Source: a virus
Lineage: Duplodnaviria; Caudoviricetes
Length of the DNA stretch: 57,019 nt
IMG/VR virus record: IMGVR_UViG_3300048839_000591
Span: 1-57,019 of that record
Direction: 5' to 3' (one strand)
The translations under genes were made by a program, and so were the position numbers. This document shows positions 18,370 through 27,124 of this stretch, piece after piece; within the stretch, counting starts at the first letter, position 1, and each line of letters begins with the position of its first letter. The notes under the pieces were generated by a model that made no database searches, was not told the origin of the DNA, and saw only the letters and a program-made list of their open reading frames with translations.

Positions 18370-18581
18370 GCTAACCGCCGATAAGGCAACAGGTGGGGGC
18401 CAATAATCGTACGCGCCTCAAAAAGATGGTTTGCCCCTAAGACAGTGCTATTATTCCGATCCGAAATCGCAACAGCCTGCCTGTACCACTGCTCAAATGT
18501 TTCAGGTGAAACATAGGGACGCCAATAAACGATGACAGCATCCGCAACGCAAGTATGCGGTTTCGGTTGTTTATGCCTCAC
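18366..18581 (-). CDS. Small hypothetical moron
   Basis: Coupled overlaps; flanked by duplicated gene-boundary sequences. Confidence 0.55.
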   Translation of the reverse strand: MRHKQPKPHTCVADAVIVYWRPYVSPETFEQWYRQAVAISDRNNSTVLGANHLFEARTIIGPHLLPYRRLA

Positions 18582-18621
18582 TCGTCAGCCTCCTCGCTAT
18601 GCTGGGCTACGGCCTGGACGG

Positions 18622-18900
18622 TCATGCGTATGGCCCGTCGTAAGCGGCACAGCCTTGATGCTCAAACGTCAGGAGGCCACAACGATGTGATGCCGGATTC
18701 GTACAGACGCCCCAGTCAACTCCCAATTTGCCTTTGAGTTCAATAAACCAGCGACACCCCATAGAGCAATCCGCCCCCCATGACCCATCCGGGCGCGAGC
18801 GTGGCATGGTGCCGTAGCCTTCCCAATCGTCATTCAGACGTTTGACGATCGTCAGGAGATGGGTATGGTCCGGTTTCGCTGGCCTCTTCGTAGCCATCAC
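18622..18900 (-). CDS. DUF3027-like Cys-rich protein
   Basis: CSMGCRWF..L.G.LG.DWGVCTN....LTFEHQGC. Confidence 0.65.
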   Translation of the reverse strand: MMATKRPAKPDHTHLLTIVKRLNDDWEGYGTMPRSRPDGSWGADCSMGCRWFIELKGKLGVDWGVCTNPASHRCGLLTFEHQGCAAYDGPYA

Positions 18901-20519
18901 TCGTCAGCCTCCTCGCCACGGTTGAAGCGGTCTATCATCGCATCGGCCACCGTCGGCGGGTTCTCGCGTTGCTCCCGTTCGGCCTCGCTACGCATCTGGT
19001 CAATCTCCATCTCGTTCAAGCCCGCCTCGCGCCACAGTTGCTCATTCGAGTAGCCATATTGTTTCTTGAGCACCGCGCCCTGTGCTCGCGTGTACTCGGT
19101 TTGGGCGCGTTCGCTGGCACTGGTGGCAATCACGTCCCGCCGCTCGAAATGATGCTCGAAGTCACCCGCTTCAAACGTGCCGATGCGTTCGGACTCAAAG
19201 CCGGGGATACCGTTGACCTGGGCTAAGGTCAAGGCCATCTGCGTGACTTGCACCACAGCGGAGTCAGCGTTGCCACGGGCCTCAATCACGCGGTCAATGG
19301 CCGCCGTCAACAGGTAACGCAGCGCCACGCCGGAATCAGCCGATGCGCGGTGAATCTGGTAGTAGCGGAGTTCTGGAAGGTCGTAGTCTTCCAGATGCTC
19401 CATGCCATCCTTCAAGATAGCGAGGTGTTCGGCGTAATGCAGGTCGGGAACCATCGGCTCCATCGAACTCATACCGGGCATGAAGTACATCTCGTCATCG
19501 CCAACGGTAATCGTGCTATTGGCCTCCCCCATACGCGGGGCCGGCATCGGGCGATTGGCCGCGTCCAGCATGTTCGCGGCAACAACCCAGGTAACCTTAT
19601 TGTTGCGAAAGATTTGTTGATGCAATCTGGTAGCTGAGCGGTTGATCTCATCAATCTTGTCGATACAGGGCATAATCAACGCCTCGCCCCGCTCATCACC
19701 GATACTGCGAAAGATGCCGTGCGAGAACGGGACAAAGTCGATGCCCATCTGTTCAAGATATTGCTCATCGACTGGCGTACCCAAGCGATCGAGATTGTCT
19801 TCCTCATAGCGGAACCGCTCTGTTGGTGTCTCCCACAACCGAAAGAGCCCGCTGTCTTTGTCCCACACTTCTGTATGGACATAGGCGACTTTCTTGCCGT
19901 CCGACTGCCGTCGCGTTTTCGGAATATCGAGCCGGATATAGGTCATGAAACCACGCTCGTCTTTGTCGAAATCCGAGACGTGCATCGGGTCGATCATGTT
20001 GATGTAGGAGCGAATCACCTCGTCAGAATTGCGTCGTTTGCGAGTGGCCGCTTGCAGGAACTGGTCACCATAGCGCGGCATGTTGCGCGCCATCTCTTGC
20101 TTGTTCTGCTGCCAGTTCGACCACTGGTATATCTTGTCAATGGCCGGAATCAGCTTGTCATTATCGCTATCAAGCGGGGCATCAGCACCGGGTCGCGGGT
20201 CATGGACAATCTCGAAGACCTCTTCGAGCGAACCAGCCCATAGGGTCGCCGGATAGAACTCAACCGCCGCATGCGTCGGGTTCCTGAGCGGCTTCATTGG
20301 CTCTTTCCAGATACCACTCTCTTTGAGCAGCAAGGCCAGGTTCTCGTACAAATCAACCGAGCGGTAGTAGCGATCGAGCATGGCATAGCGCTGCCGGTGT
20401 GAGAGACCACTGGTCAACGCTTCCATGCCCGGTCGCTGAGCATACAGGCTATTCGGAGCGGCAAAGGTGTTCATCGCGCCGTACATGGCACTTTCGACAC
20501 GGTTAAGCGGCCACACCAT
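18897..20519 (-). CDS. Portal protein
   Basis: 540 aa directly after TerL; YGD, SGVAL motifs of SPP1 gp6-like portals. Confidence 0.85.
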   Translation of the reverse strand: MVWPLNRVESAMYGAMNTFAAPNSLYAQRPGMEALTSGLSHRQRYAMLDRYYRSVDLYENLALLLKESGIWKEPMKPLRNPTHAAVEFYPATLWAGSLEEVFEIVHDPRPGADAPLDSDNDKLIPAIDKIYQWSNWQQNKQEMARNMPRYGDQFLQAATRKRRNSDEVIRSYINMIDPMHVSDFDKDERGFMTYIRLDIPKTRRQSDGKKVAYVHTEVWDKDSGLFRLWETPTERFRYEEDNLDRLGTPVDEQYLEQMGIDFVPFSHGIFRSIGDERGEALIMPCIDKIDEINRSATRLHQQIFRNNKVTWVVAANMLDAANRPMPAPRMGEANSTITVGDDEMYFMPGMSSMEPMVPDLHYAEHLAILKDGMEHLEDYDLPELRYYQIHRASADSGVALRYLLTAAIDRVIEARGNADSAVVQVTQMALTLAQVNGIPGFESERIGTFEAGDFEHHFERRDVIATSASERAQTEYTRAQGAVLKKQYGYSNEQLWREAGLNEMEIDQMRSEAEREQRENPPTVADAMIDRFNRGEEADE

Positions 20520-21882
20520 GGTTCGTTCCTCTCGCGTGCCAACCGGCGCTCAGATAATGCTCCAGGTAGATGATGAGCTGGGCGAAGGCGTCGCCTTGGT
20601 CGTCATGCTCGGTATCCGGCAACGCAAACAGCTCACGTTCAAAGTCGTGCAACCAGGGCGCGAGCGGCGACGGCTGGGGCAGCCAGACCATGCCGAGCTT
20701 GCACCAGACGGCGGCTTGCTGGAAGCGTTGGCGTTTCTGCCCTTTGGGCTGGAAGGGAATCAAGAGCGGGCGCATCCAGTCAGGACCGGCATTGAGCAAG
20801 GTCTGATAGGCCGATGTGCCCGCTACCGTGTCTTCGATGATGATGCCGGAAAGCTTGCCGTCGCGGTTGTAACGCAAGGCCGTGTCTTTGATGCGGTCAA
20901 CGAGGTCAGGAAAGATGAGCTTTTCACGCCAGACCTCACGCAGCCCTAAGGCATAGTCGTCAAACAAATCCCCCACGGCACAGGCTGAGTAGTCGGACGA
21001 GTCCTTGTCCTTCATGGCCGTATCGAACGACAGGTAGCGTCCCACGGTCAGTTTCTGCAAACGTTCATCGTCCAGGTGGAAGCGATTTCGTTCACGCCAC
21101 CAGATGCGGTGGAACGCCCGCGTCGTCGGGTCGGTGACCCACAAGCCTTTGAGCAATTGGTCACGGGTAATCGGGTCCAGCTCGGACAGTGACAGCACGT
21201 ACTCGTCATGGTCGAGGTGTGGGTTGTCGTTCAGGTTGGCGGGCACGAACTGCCGATCAAGCGAACGCAGGGCTAAGAACCGCTCATACACCCACTCATG
21301 GCCTTCACCGCCAGGATTGGACGCAGCTCGCATGCGCAATGGCACAGTCGAGCCTTCAAGCCGGCGTAGACGAGAAAAGAGGTAGGTGTACATGGGCTCT
21401 GCGAACTGCGTTAATTCGTCATACCCTACGAACTGGAATTCTGAACCCTGATACCGATATTTCGTCTTCTCATATTCGAGATAGCCAAAGGTGAGCGTCG
21501 CGCCACTCGGGAAGGTCCAAGTCTTGGTCTTCTCATCCCACCGGGCATCAGTCCCAGCCAACCACTCATAGGCACGGTCCATCAGCGCACCAGGTAGTGC
21601 CAGGTCAGCGTAGGTGCGCCGTAAGAGCAACGCCGCATACCCAGGGACATCGACGTACTGAAGAGCTGCCATCAAAAGGGCTTCACTCTTGCCCCCACCA
21701 GCGCTCCCCCCAAATAACGCCTCACGCATAGGCAGGCTCAAGAACACGGCCTGCTTGGCCGTCGGCATGTGGGGAATGTAGTTATTCGTGAAGACCGTCC
21801 GTGTCAGCAGTTCCAGGCTCTGTTCCACCAGATCCGAAGATTGCCTGGAAGTTGGCACGGTAGGTGTCAACGTCGAAATCAT
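20503..21882 (-). CDS. terL: Terminase large subunit
   Basis: Walker A GGSAGGGKS, Walker B VGYDE, ASNP, SFDTA and HDDQGDA. Confidence 0.93.
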   Translation of the reverse strand: MISTLTPTVPTSRQSSDLVEQSLELLTRTVFTNNYIPHMPTAKQAVFLSLPMREALFGGSAGGGKSEALLMAALQYVDVPGYAALLLRRTYADLALPGALMDRAYEWLAGTDARWDEKTKTWTFPSGATLTFGYLEYEKTKYRYQGSEFQFVGYDELTQFAEPMYTYLFSRLRRLEGSTVPLRMRAASNPGGEGHEWVYERFLALRSLDRQFVPANLNDNPHLDHDEYVLSLSELDPITRDQLLKGLWVTDPTTRAFHRIWWRERNRFHLDDERLQKLTVGRYLSFDTAMKDKDSSDYSACAVGDLFDDYALGLREVWREKLIFPDLVDRIKDTALRYNRDGKLSGIIIEDTVAGTSAYQTLLNAGPDWMRPLLIPFQPKGQKRQRFQQAAVWCKLGMVWLPQPSPLAPWLHDFERELFALPDTEHDDQGDAFAQLIIYLEHYLSAGWHARGTNHGVAA

Positions 21883-22399
21883 GTTCGACCTTCATCGGTG
21901 CGCCCGGTATGCCGCCGTGTTCGAGCTTGTCGCTCCATTGGCCCAACTCCTGGGCCGCTTGCTTCTCGTGGTCAAGGAGTGCTTTGAGTAAGCCGGTATC
22001 GACTTCGTATTCGTCGATGATGGTCTGGTTGCGTCCGGTGCCAATGGCCCGCTCACGATGGACCAAGAGGCCGGTCTGACCACCAGGGATGCCAACCATC
22101 TTGGGATCAGTGCCGCGTTCGTCTCGCACCTGTTGCAACTTCAACCAGTCCGTATTGAGCCGTGCAACGCGTTTGCGTCGCTGGGCAATGGCCAAGCGCA
22201 GGGCTGCCCGTTCCAACTGGCCAACCACCTGTTGCACCTGTGCGACGAACTCAGGATGGTCCTTCCAACGCGCCAGAGTACGCCGGCTAATGCCTGCCTG
22301 CTCAGCAATCTGTTCGTCTGTGAGGTTGTCGTCAGCAAGCAACGCCGCTGCGGTGTGCGAGGATTGTGACCAACGGAATGCTGTGCCATTTTGTGCCAT
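21782..22399 (-). CDS. Putative terminase small subunit (N-terminal HTH)
   Basis: TDEQIAEQAGISRRTLARWK HTH; directly upstream of TerL. Confidence 0.75.
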   Translation of the reverse strand: MAQNGTAFRWSQSSHTAAALLADDNLTDEQIAEQAGISRRTLARWKDHPEFVAQVQQVVGQLERAALRLAIAQRRKRVARLNTDWLKLQQVRDERGTDPKMVGIPGGQTGLLVHRERAIGTGRNQTIIDEYEVDTGLLKALLDHEKQAAQELGQWSDKLEHGGIPGAPMKVEHDFDVDTYRANFQAIFGSGGTEPGTADTDGLHE

Positions 22400-22400
22400 A

Positions 22401-22595
22401 TCACGCCGCGCTCGCAGTGGCCGAGCCGCCCTGCCAGACGGTGGTCGTGCCGCACTTCTCGCAGGTGATGCGCGCCTCAGTCGTCTCAATCTCGCGCTTC
22501 ATGCCGCCGCGTATGTGGGCACGGATGGTCAGCATGTCGCCGTGGCGTTCGGCTAACGGCTGTTCGCACTTGGGGCAGCGAATGAGCATCGCCAA
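22401..22595 (-). CDS. Com-like zinc-ribbon regulator
   Basis: IRCPKC..PLA and I.CEKCG motifs; first gene of the late operon. Confidence 0.7.
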   Translation of the reverse strand: MAMLIRCPKCEQPLAERHGDMLTIRAHIRGGMKREIETTEARITCEKCGTTTVWQGGSATASAA

Positions 22596-22609
22596 TCAGC
22601 ACCGTCCTT

Positions 22610-22686
22610 AAACGCGAAAACCGCCGGTTGCCCGTGGTTGGGGCATTTCCGGCGGTCAATCCGCGCTACTATGCACGATAAGTATA
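22610..22686 (-). promoter_or_regulatory. Promoter plus terminator-leader upstream of the Com-like/terminase operon
   Basis: TATACT, then AGCGCGG-N5-CCGCCGGAA hairpin and TTTTCGCGTTT. Confidence 0.7.
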
Positions 22687-22982
22687 GCCTAGAGTCCGCT
22701 GTGCTTGTGAGCGGCCTCCGTGACACCAGCAAAGAGCCGATTCGTCACCAAACGAGTCAACCAACGCATGCGTAATCGCAACATCACACGCCGGATGTAG
22801 AACGTCCCTCGCCGTAGCGCTCGGTGCGCCGTTCGTGCGTGCTGTGTCATGCCTCTTCTCCTCTCACCACACCACCACCGTCACCAGCGCCACGAGGACC
22901 GTCCACAGCCCGAGCCCCGGCCAGCGGTACGGGGTGCGTCCGAGCCAGAGCAGCACGGCGATGGCGGCGATCGTGGGGATGG

Positions 22983-23303
22983 TCATGCTAGACCATGTTC
23001 CTTCTCGTATACCCAGGCACACGCCTCGTTATATGAGCGTTGAAGCTGTGAATCGACCCACAACGAGGGAGTGCCGAGACGTTCAATTGCTTGACGTGAG
23101 TAGAGTTGAACGCCATTCACATGCGCCGTCCGCATAGCCAAGAACTCGCGCTCCCACGCCTGGATCTTTGCTTGCTTCTCGCGTTCTTGTTCAGCGCGCA
23201 CGTCCCTGCGACCATCAAGACGTCCAATCCGATAAACGATGACGAGCGACATGGCCATGCAGAAACCAACGGCAATCAACCTGACTATCTGTCCATCGTC
23301 CAC
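22983..23303 (-). CDS. Hypothetical membrane-anchored protein
   Basis: N-terminal hydrophobic helix. Confidence 0.5.
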   Translation of the reverse strand: MDDGQIVRLIAVGFCMAMSLVIVYRIGRLDGRRDVRAEQEREKQAKIQAWEREFLAMRTAHVNGVQLYSRQAIERLGTPSLWVDSQLQRSYNEACAWVYEKEHGLA

Positions 23304-23368
23304 CCTACGCCGCCTCTCTCACTGCGCGCTGAATCACCGTCAACGCCTCGCCGCTGTCCACCATGTCG

Positions 23369-23746
23369 TCACACAACCGGTATCACGCACACCGACACAC
23401 CCTCTTCACGCCCAAAGTAGCCAGCGGTATAGATGCGCGCGGTGACGCTGGTGATTTGCCGGTCATTGGCGTAACAGATCCCTTCCAGCGCATCGGCATA
23501 GCATTTGATAATGTTGTCCACGTCCCAGCGCCGTTTGAGCCGGTCAGGAACAATGATCTTGAGGTCAAGACACACCGGCCCATCGATCACCTCAGCACCG
23601 GCCTGTTTCGCAGCCCAGCCCACATCCTTGCGGTACTGCCGATAGCGTTCGGCCCGTGGCTGGCGGCTCCCTTTGAGCACTCTGGTAAAGGGCACTGGCT
23701 TACCTGGCACGGTGAACTCAATCGGCAGCGCCCGTGGGTCAGTCAT
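23369..23746 (-). CDS. rusA: RusA-family Holliday junction resolvase
   Basis: FTVPGKPVP, DVDN..K...DAL.G...NDRQI. Confidence 0.9.
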   Translation of the reverse strand: MTDPRALPIEFTVPGKPVPFTRVLKGSRQPRAERYRQYRKDVGWAAKQAGAEVIDGPVCLDLKIIVPDRLKRRWDVDNIIKCYADALEGICYANDRQITSVTARIYTAGYFGREEGVSVCVIPVV

Positions 23747-23963
23747 CGGCGGCCTCGTCTCCGTTGCACACCGAACGTCTCTAGAGCCAACTTGACCGCA
23801 GACACGACTTTGATCTCTGCCTGACGCTCACTATCGGCGTACAGATAGATACGGGCCATCTCCGGCGGGTAGCGTCGTCCATCCTCGTCAATCAGGACAC
23901 CCGCAAAGCTCAGCACCTTGCCTCGTCGTCCTTGCCACTGGATATCGTCACCAGTTCGCAGTT

Positions 23964-24329
23964 TCACGTCCCACCCCCGTCCTGGCCCTGGCCCGTCGCC
24001 GCGTCCGGTGCGAACATCATCTTCCAAAACGTCATCTCCCAGACTGGACCGGTGGGCTCGTCTTCCTCGACACGCCACGTCCGACGAAGATCAGCGACGG
24101 GGAGTCCCGCACGGAGAGCAACAGCTAAGGCACGGAATCCTTCAGACCGGTCCCCATGAAACCGAATGGTTGGCTCCGGAAAGGCGTGCCCCTCACCGCC
24201 CTGACAGGACTCGAACGTTTCAATACCGCCCAATCGAAGTGTTACGACCGCTTTCGCGATACCGGCGTCTAACGGCGGTTCAAAGTCTTGACTCTCAAAT
24301 GGTGGCAATGTGAATAACTCATACGTCAC
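23964..24329 (-). CDS. Hypothetical protein
   Basis: LDAGI...V..L...GIETFESCQG motif. Confidence 0.6.
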   Translation of the reverse strand: MTYELFTLPPFESQDFEPPLDAGIAKAVVTLRLGGIETFESCQGGEGHAFPEPTIRFHGDRSEGFRALAVALRAGLPVADLRRTWRVEEDEPTGPVWEMTFWKMMFAPDAATGQGQDGGGT

Positions 24330-24810
24330 GTTTCAACTCCATTCCGTCCGTCGCCGCGTCGTAGGAACTAATGACATCCTGTGCCTTGCGCCATTCACAA
24401 TCTGCGGTGTGGTCCATCGCGTTTCGGTCTTCGTCGTTTGAACTCCAATCGCCGCAGAAAAAGCAACAATACTCACTGTCTAACCATGTCATGTCAGGCG
24501 CAAAGAACGGGCGAACCGTCTCCACCACCCGTCGCCCCGCCGCCAGTTCCGCCACCACCGCGCTCCCGTCGTTGGCCAGGGCGGCCTTGATGACGCGATG
24601 TTGCTCCGTGTAGTCCAATCCTTGCTCTGGTTTGCCAATTGGGAAGTAGCGCCATGCCAATTCAAGAGCGCTCCGCAGCTCCACGTTCTGACCGTTGGCC
24701 GCGTCGAGCTGGCTGCGCAGGGCGGCGTTCTCGGTGAGCAACTTGGCCCCTGCGTCCACTGATGCCGCTGCGAAGATTTCGAGCCGTTCGTGCTCAGTCT
24801 CGTCACGCAT
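24319..24810 (-). CDS. Hypothetical protein (coiled coil plus CxxC..H..C)
   Basis: GGAGG RBS; overlaps neighbours. Confidence 0.55.
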   Translation of the reverse strand: MRDETEHERLEIFAAASVDAGAKLLTENAALRSQLDAANGQNVELRSALELAWRYFPIGKPEQGLDYTEQHRVIKAALANDGSAVVAELAAGRRVVETVRPFFAPDMTWLDSEYCCFFCGDWSSNDEDRNAMDHTADCEWRKAQDVISSYDAATDGMELKRDV

Positions 24811-25123
24811 CGCCGTACCTCCCGTTCAGCGCACGCATCTCTGCCTTGAGTGCATCCGATCGCGCTCTGACCGCATCCGGGTTCTCATAGGCGAACTCTG
24901 CTACTCGGATAACGGCGGCAAGCGTCTCTTCAGGCATGTTCGGGTCGCCGTTGACGTGGACCGGGCCGTATTTGGTCTCGACATAGAATCCGCCGTCAGA
25001 GTCGGGTGACTCGGCCAGACAGTCATCACACATCCACGGCTCATCCTCTGGCATGTCCGGCATGGGACGGCTACAGGTCCAACATTTACCGCTCATCATC
25101 GTCTCCGATTCAGCATCCGCCAA
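24803..25123 (-). CDS. Hypothetical zinc-finger protein
   Basis: CWTC..CDDC; true start may be downstream. Confidence 0.5.
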   Translation of the reverse strand: MADAESETMMSGKCWTCSRPMPDMPEDEPWMCDDCLAESPDSDGGFYVETKYGPVHVNGDPNMPEETLAAVIRVAEFAYENPDAVRARSDALKAEMRALNGRYGDA

Positions 25124-25151
25124 AACGCCCGCAGCGCGTCCGTCGTCTCAG

Positions 25152-25376
25152 TCATGCGTCGCCTCGCTCTCGCTCGGAATCCAGTGGCCACTCTAGCCAC
25201 TCAAAATGACAGCGACGGCAGTTCCGATGAATGTGCGGCTCATCAATCCGAATTCCATGGCTCCATGTGTCGAATTTCTCTTCACAATAGCGCGTCGTAA
25301 TGTCGTCATTTCCGCACTTACAGCAGACCGCATTCGGATCAAACCAGTCAGTCGGCATCTTTAGCCGCTTGCTCAT
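25152..25376 (-). CDS. Small zinc-ribbon protein
   Basis: CCKCG...CRRC.FEW. Confidence 0.55.
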   Translation of the reverse strand: MSKRLKMPTDWFDPNAVCCKCGNDDITTRYCEEKFDTWSHGIRIDEPHIHRNCRRCHFEWLEWPLDSERERGDA

Positions 25377-25753
25377 GCCGCTCTTCCTTCCACCAGCCGC
25401 ATCACAGCCCGTATCGCATCCTTGACCGCATCCGGCGTCCGCTCATCACGCCACACCATCACCACACGCAGCAGCTCAGTATCGTCGCCAATCGAGAGCC
25501 CCAGCGGGTCAAGTGGCGGGTAGCCAGCGGCCAGCAGCAGCCGGTCCCGTTCCTGGCTGGTGAGTCCCAGCGCATGGGCCAGTTGCAGCACCCGTTCGAC
25601 TCTCGGCCTCTTGCGGCCGTGCTCGTACTTGCTGATTTCGCCGTGGTCCTCGCGGTAGCCGGTGGTCCGTTCGGCAACGTCGAGCTGCGACAGGCCGCGT
25701 TCGGTACGCAGCAGCCGTAGGTGCGCGCCGAAGGTGTGGGGTTGGGCGCTCAT
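25373..25753 (-). CDS. XRE-family HTH regulator
   Basis: FGAHLR.LR..RGLSQ.DVA, ISKYEHG..RP, LL.AAGY. Confidence 0.85.
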   Translation of the reverse strand: MSAQPHTFGAHLRLLRTERGLSQLDVAERTTGYREDHGEISKYEHGRKRPRVERVLQLAHALGLTSQERDRLLLAAGYPPLDPLGLSIGDDTELLRVVMVWRDERTPDAVKDAIRAVMRLVEGRAA

Positions 25754-26241
25754 GCCACGGCCTCCCAGAGTGTCTTTTGTCCGGTCGGATGCTGGTCAAT
25801 CCGTGGTCGTGAGGGACAATCCCAAGTCCCGCCAGCCGTCTGATAGAGCGCTTTCCAGCCCGCAGCTACCAGGCTGATTCCCGGCTCTTCGGCCAAGGTG
25901 TAGGTCACGAGCCGCCGATAGCCAAGCGCTTTGGTTGCACGCCAGGCGGAGCCATAGAGCATCGACGCGGCGTTCTTCGTCCCGTCAGTACAGCAGCGGG
26001 TTACTTCGAGCGTCCAGCCGTTATCGAGTCCACGCGCCACCGGACGCCCAACCGTCACGACACCGACGATGCGGTCACCATCGTTGACCGCAATCCCGAA
26101 TTTCCAACCGACGGGTGGCAGGTGATGGCGGTGATGCTGCCGGATGAACGCACACGCTTCGGCGTAGGTGATGGGCTGCAAGTGCAAGCTCACAGTTCCC
26201 GCTCCCCGCGTCGTGGCCGTGCCCGCGTTCGTGCCGGTCAT
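25750..26241 (-). CDS. XF1762-family / Mom-like GNAT protein (candidate DNA modification)
   Basis: AFI..HHRH, VGRPVAR.LD, LEVTRCCTDG..NA.SMLY, GYRRLVTYTL. Confidence 0.8.
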   Translation of the reverse strand: MTGTNAGTATTRGAGTVSLHLQPITYAEACAFIRQHHRHHLPPVGWKFGIAVNDGDRIVGVVTVGRPVARGLDNGWTLEVTRCCTDGTKNAASMLYGSAWRATKALGYRRLVTYTLAEEPGISLVAAGWKALYQTAGGTWDCPSRPRIDQHPTGQKTLWEAVA

Positions 26242-26256
26242 GCTGTGCCTCCCTGC

Positions 26257-27123
26257 TCAATCGTCGTAGTCCGGTAACGGTCGATATGCAGCCTCGTCTT
26301 GCCCTCGGTGGACGCCATTCGGTGATGCTCGGCTCGGAGCGCACATCGCCACCATGAGCTGGTCGAATTTCTCGCGAAACTTGCCCATGCTCAGGATGTT
26401 CTTCAGCCAAAACGGGTCATGCTGCGACCACGAAATCACGGCCCGAATGTCGTCAAGCTCGCGCTCATCACGTTCTCGCATCAAGCGAACGTCGTTGGCC
26501 CAAGCCTGTAATTGCCGCTCAGTCGCCTTTTTCGCCTTGGGATTGTTCTCACGAATCAGCCGTTGCAGGAACAACGCCGTCTGGTATTCGTCCGAATCGA
26601 CCGAAAAGACCTCAGAAACCGTCCGCGTCGCGCTAGCGGCGTCGGACTTCGGACTTTCTTTCTCGTTTTCGGGAGTTAAACGGGGTACGGGTAGGGGTAC
26701 GGGGGGGTCGTTAGTAACGTTCGGAGTAACACCGTTACTAGCTGTGTTACGTGACTCGTTACTCGCTTCATTGATAACAGTGTTTGTCTTGTTCCGTTCT
26801 CGCCATTCCGCCTGCCGCCGTGCGTTCTCGGCTCGCTGTTGCTTCACGTCCTCAGAACTGGGGTTGTATTCCAGGTAGTCGTTGATCTGGTAGCCGCTTG
26901 ACATTTGGATCCACAGGCCACACCGAACCAATTCAGCGGCAACACTCATCTCCACGTCCACCATTGCCGCTGACAATCGCAACGCAGCCGGTGATACGTA
27001 GCCATCAGTCAGATTCGCCGCCGCGTAGGTAAGACACGCCATGTAAAGAAGCTTGGCGTCCTTGGTTCGATCAAGCACTTTGGGATGGGTGAAGAACTGA
27101 TCGTCAAGCTTGACCCACGCCAT
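26257..27123 (-). CDS. Replication initiator / replisome organiser
   Basis: WVKLDD.F..HPK, INDY.EYN, W...DPFW..NILS..KFR.KFD motifs. Confidence 0.8.
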   Translation of the reverse strand: MAWVKLDDQFFTHPKVLDRTKDAKLLYMACLTYAAANLTDGYVSPAALRLSAAMVDVEMSVAAELVRCGLWIQMSSGYQINDYLEYNPSSEDVKQQRAENARRQAEWRERNKTNTVINEASNESRNTASNGVTPNVTNDPPVPLPVPRLTPENEKESPKSDAASATRTVSEVFSVDSDEYQTALFLQRLIRENNPKAKKATERQLQAWANDVRLMRERDERELDDIRAVISWSQHDPFWLKNILSMGKFREKFDQLMVAMCAPSRASPNGVHRGQDEAAYRPLPDYDD

Positions 27124-27124
27124 T

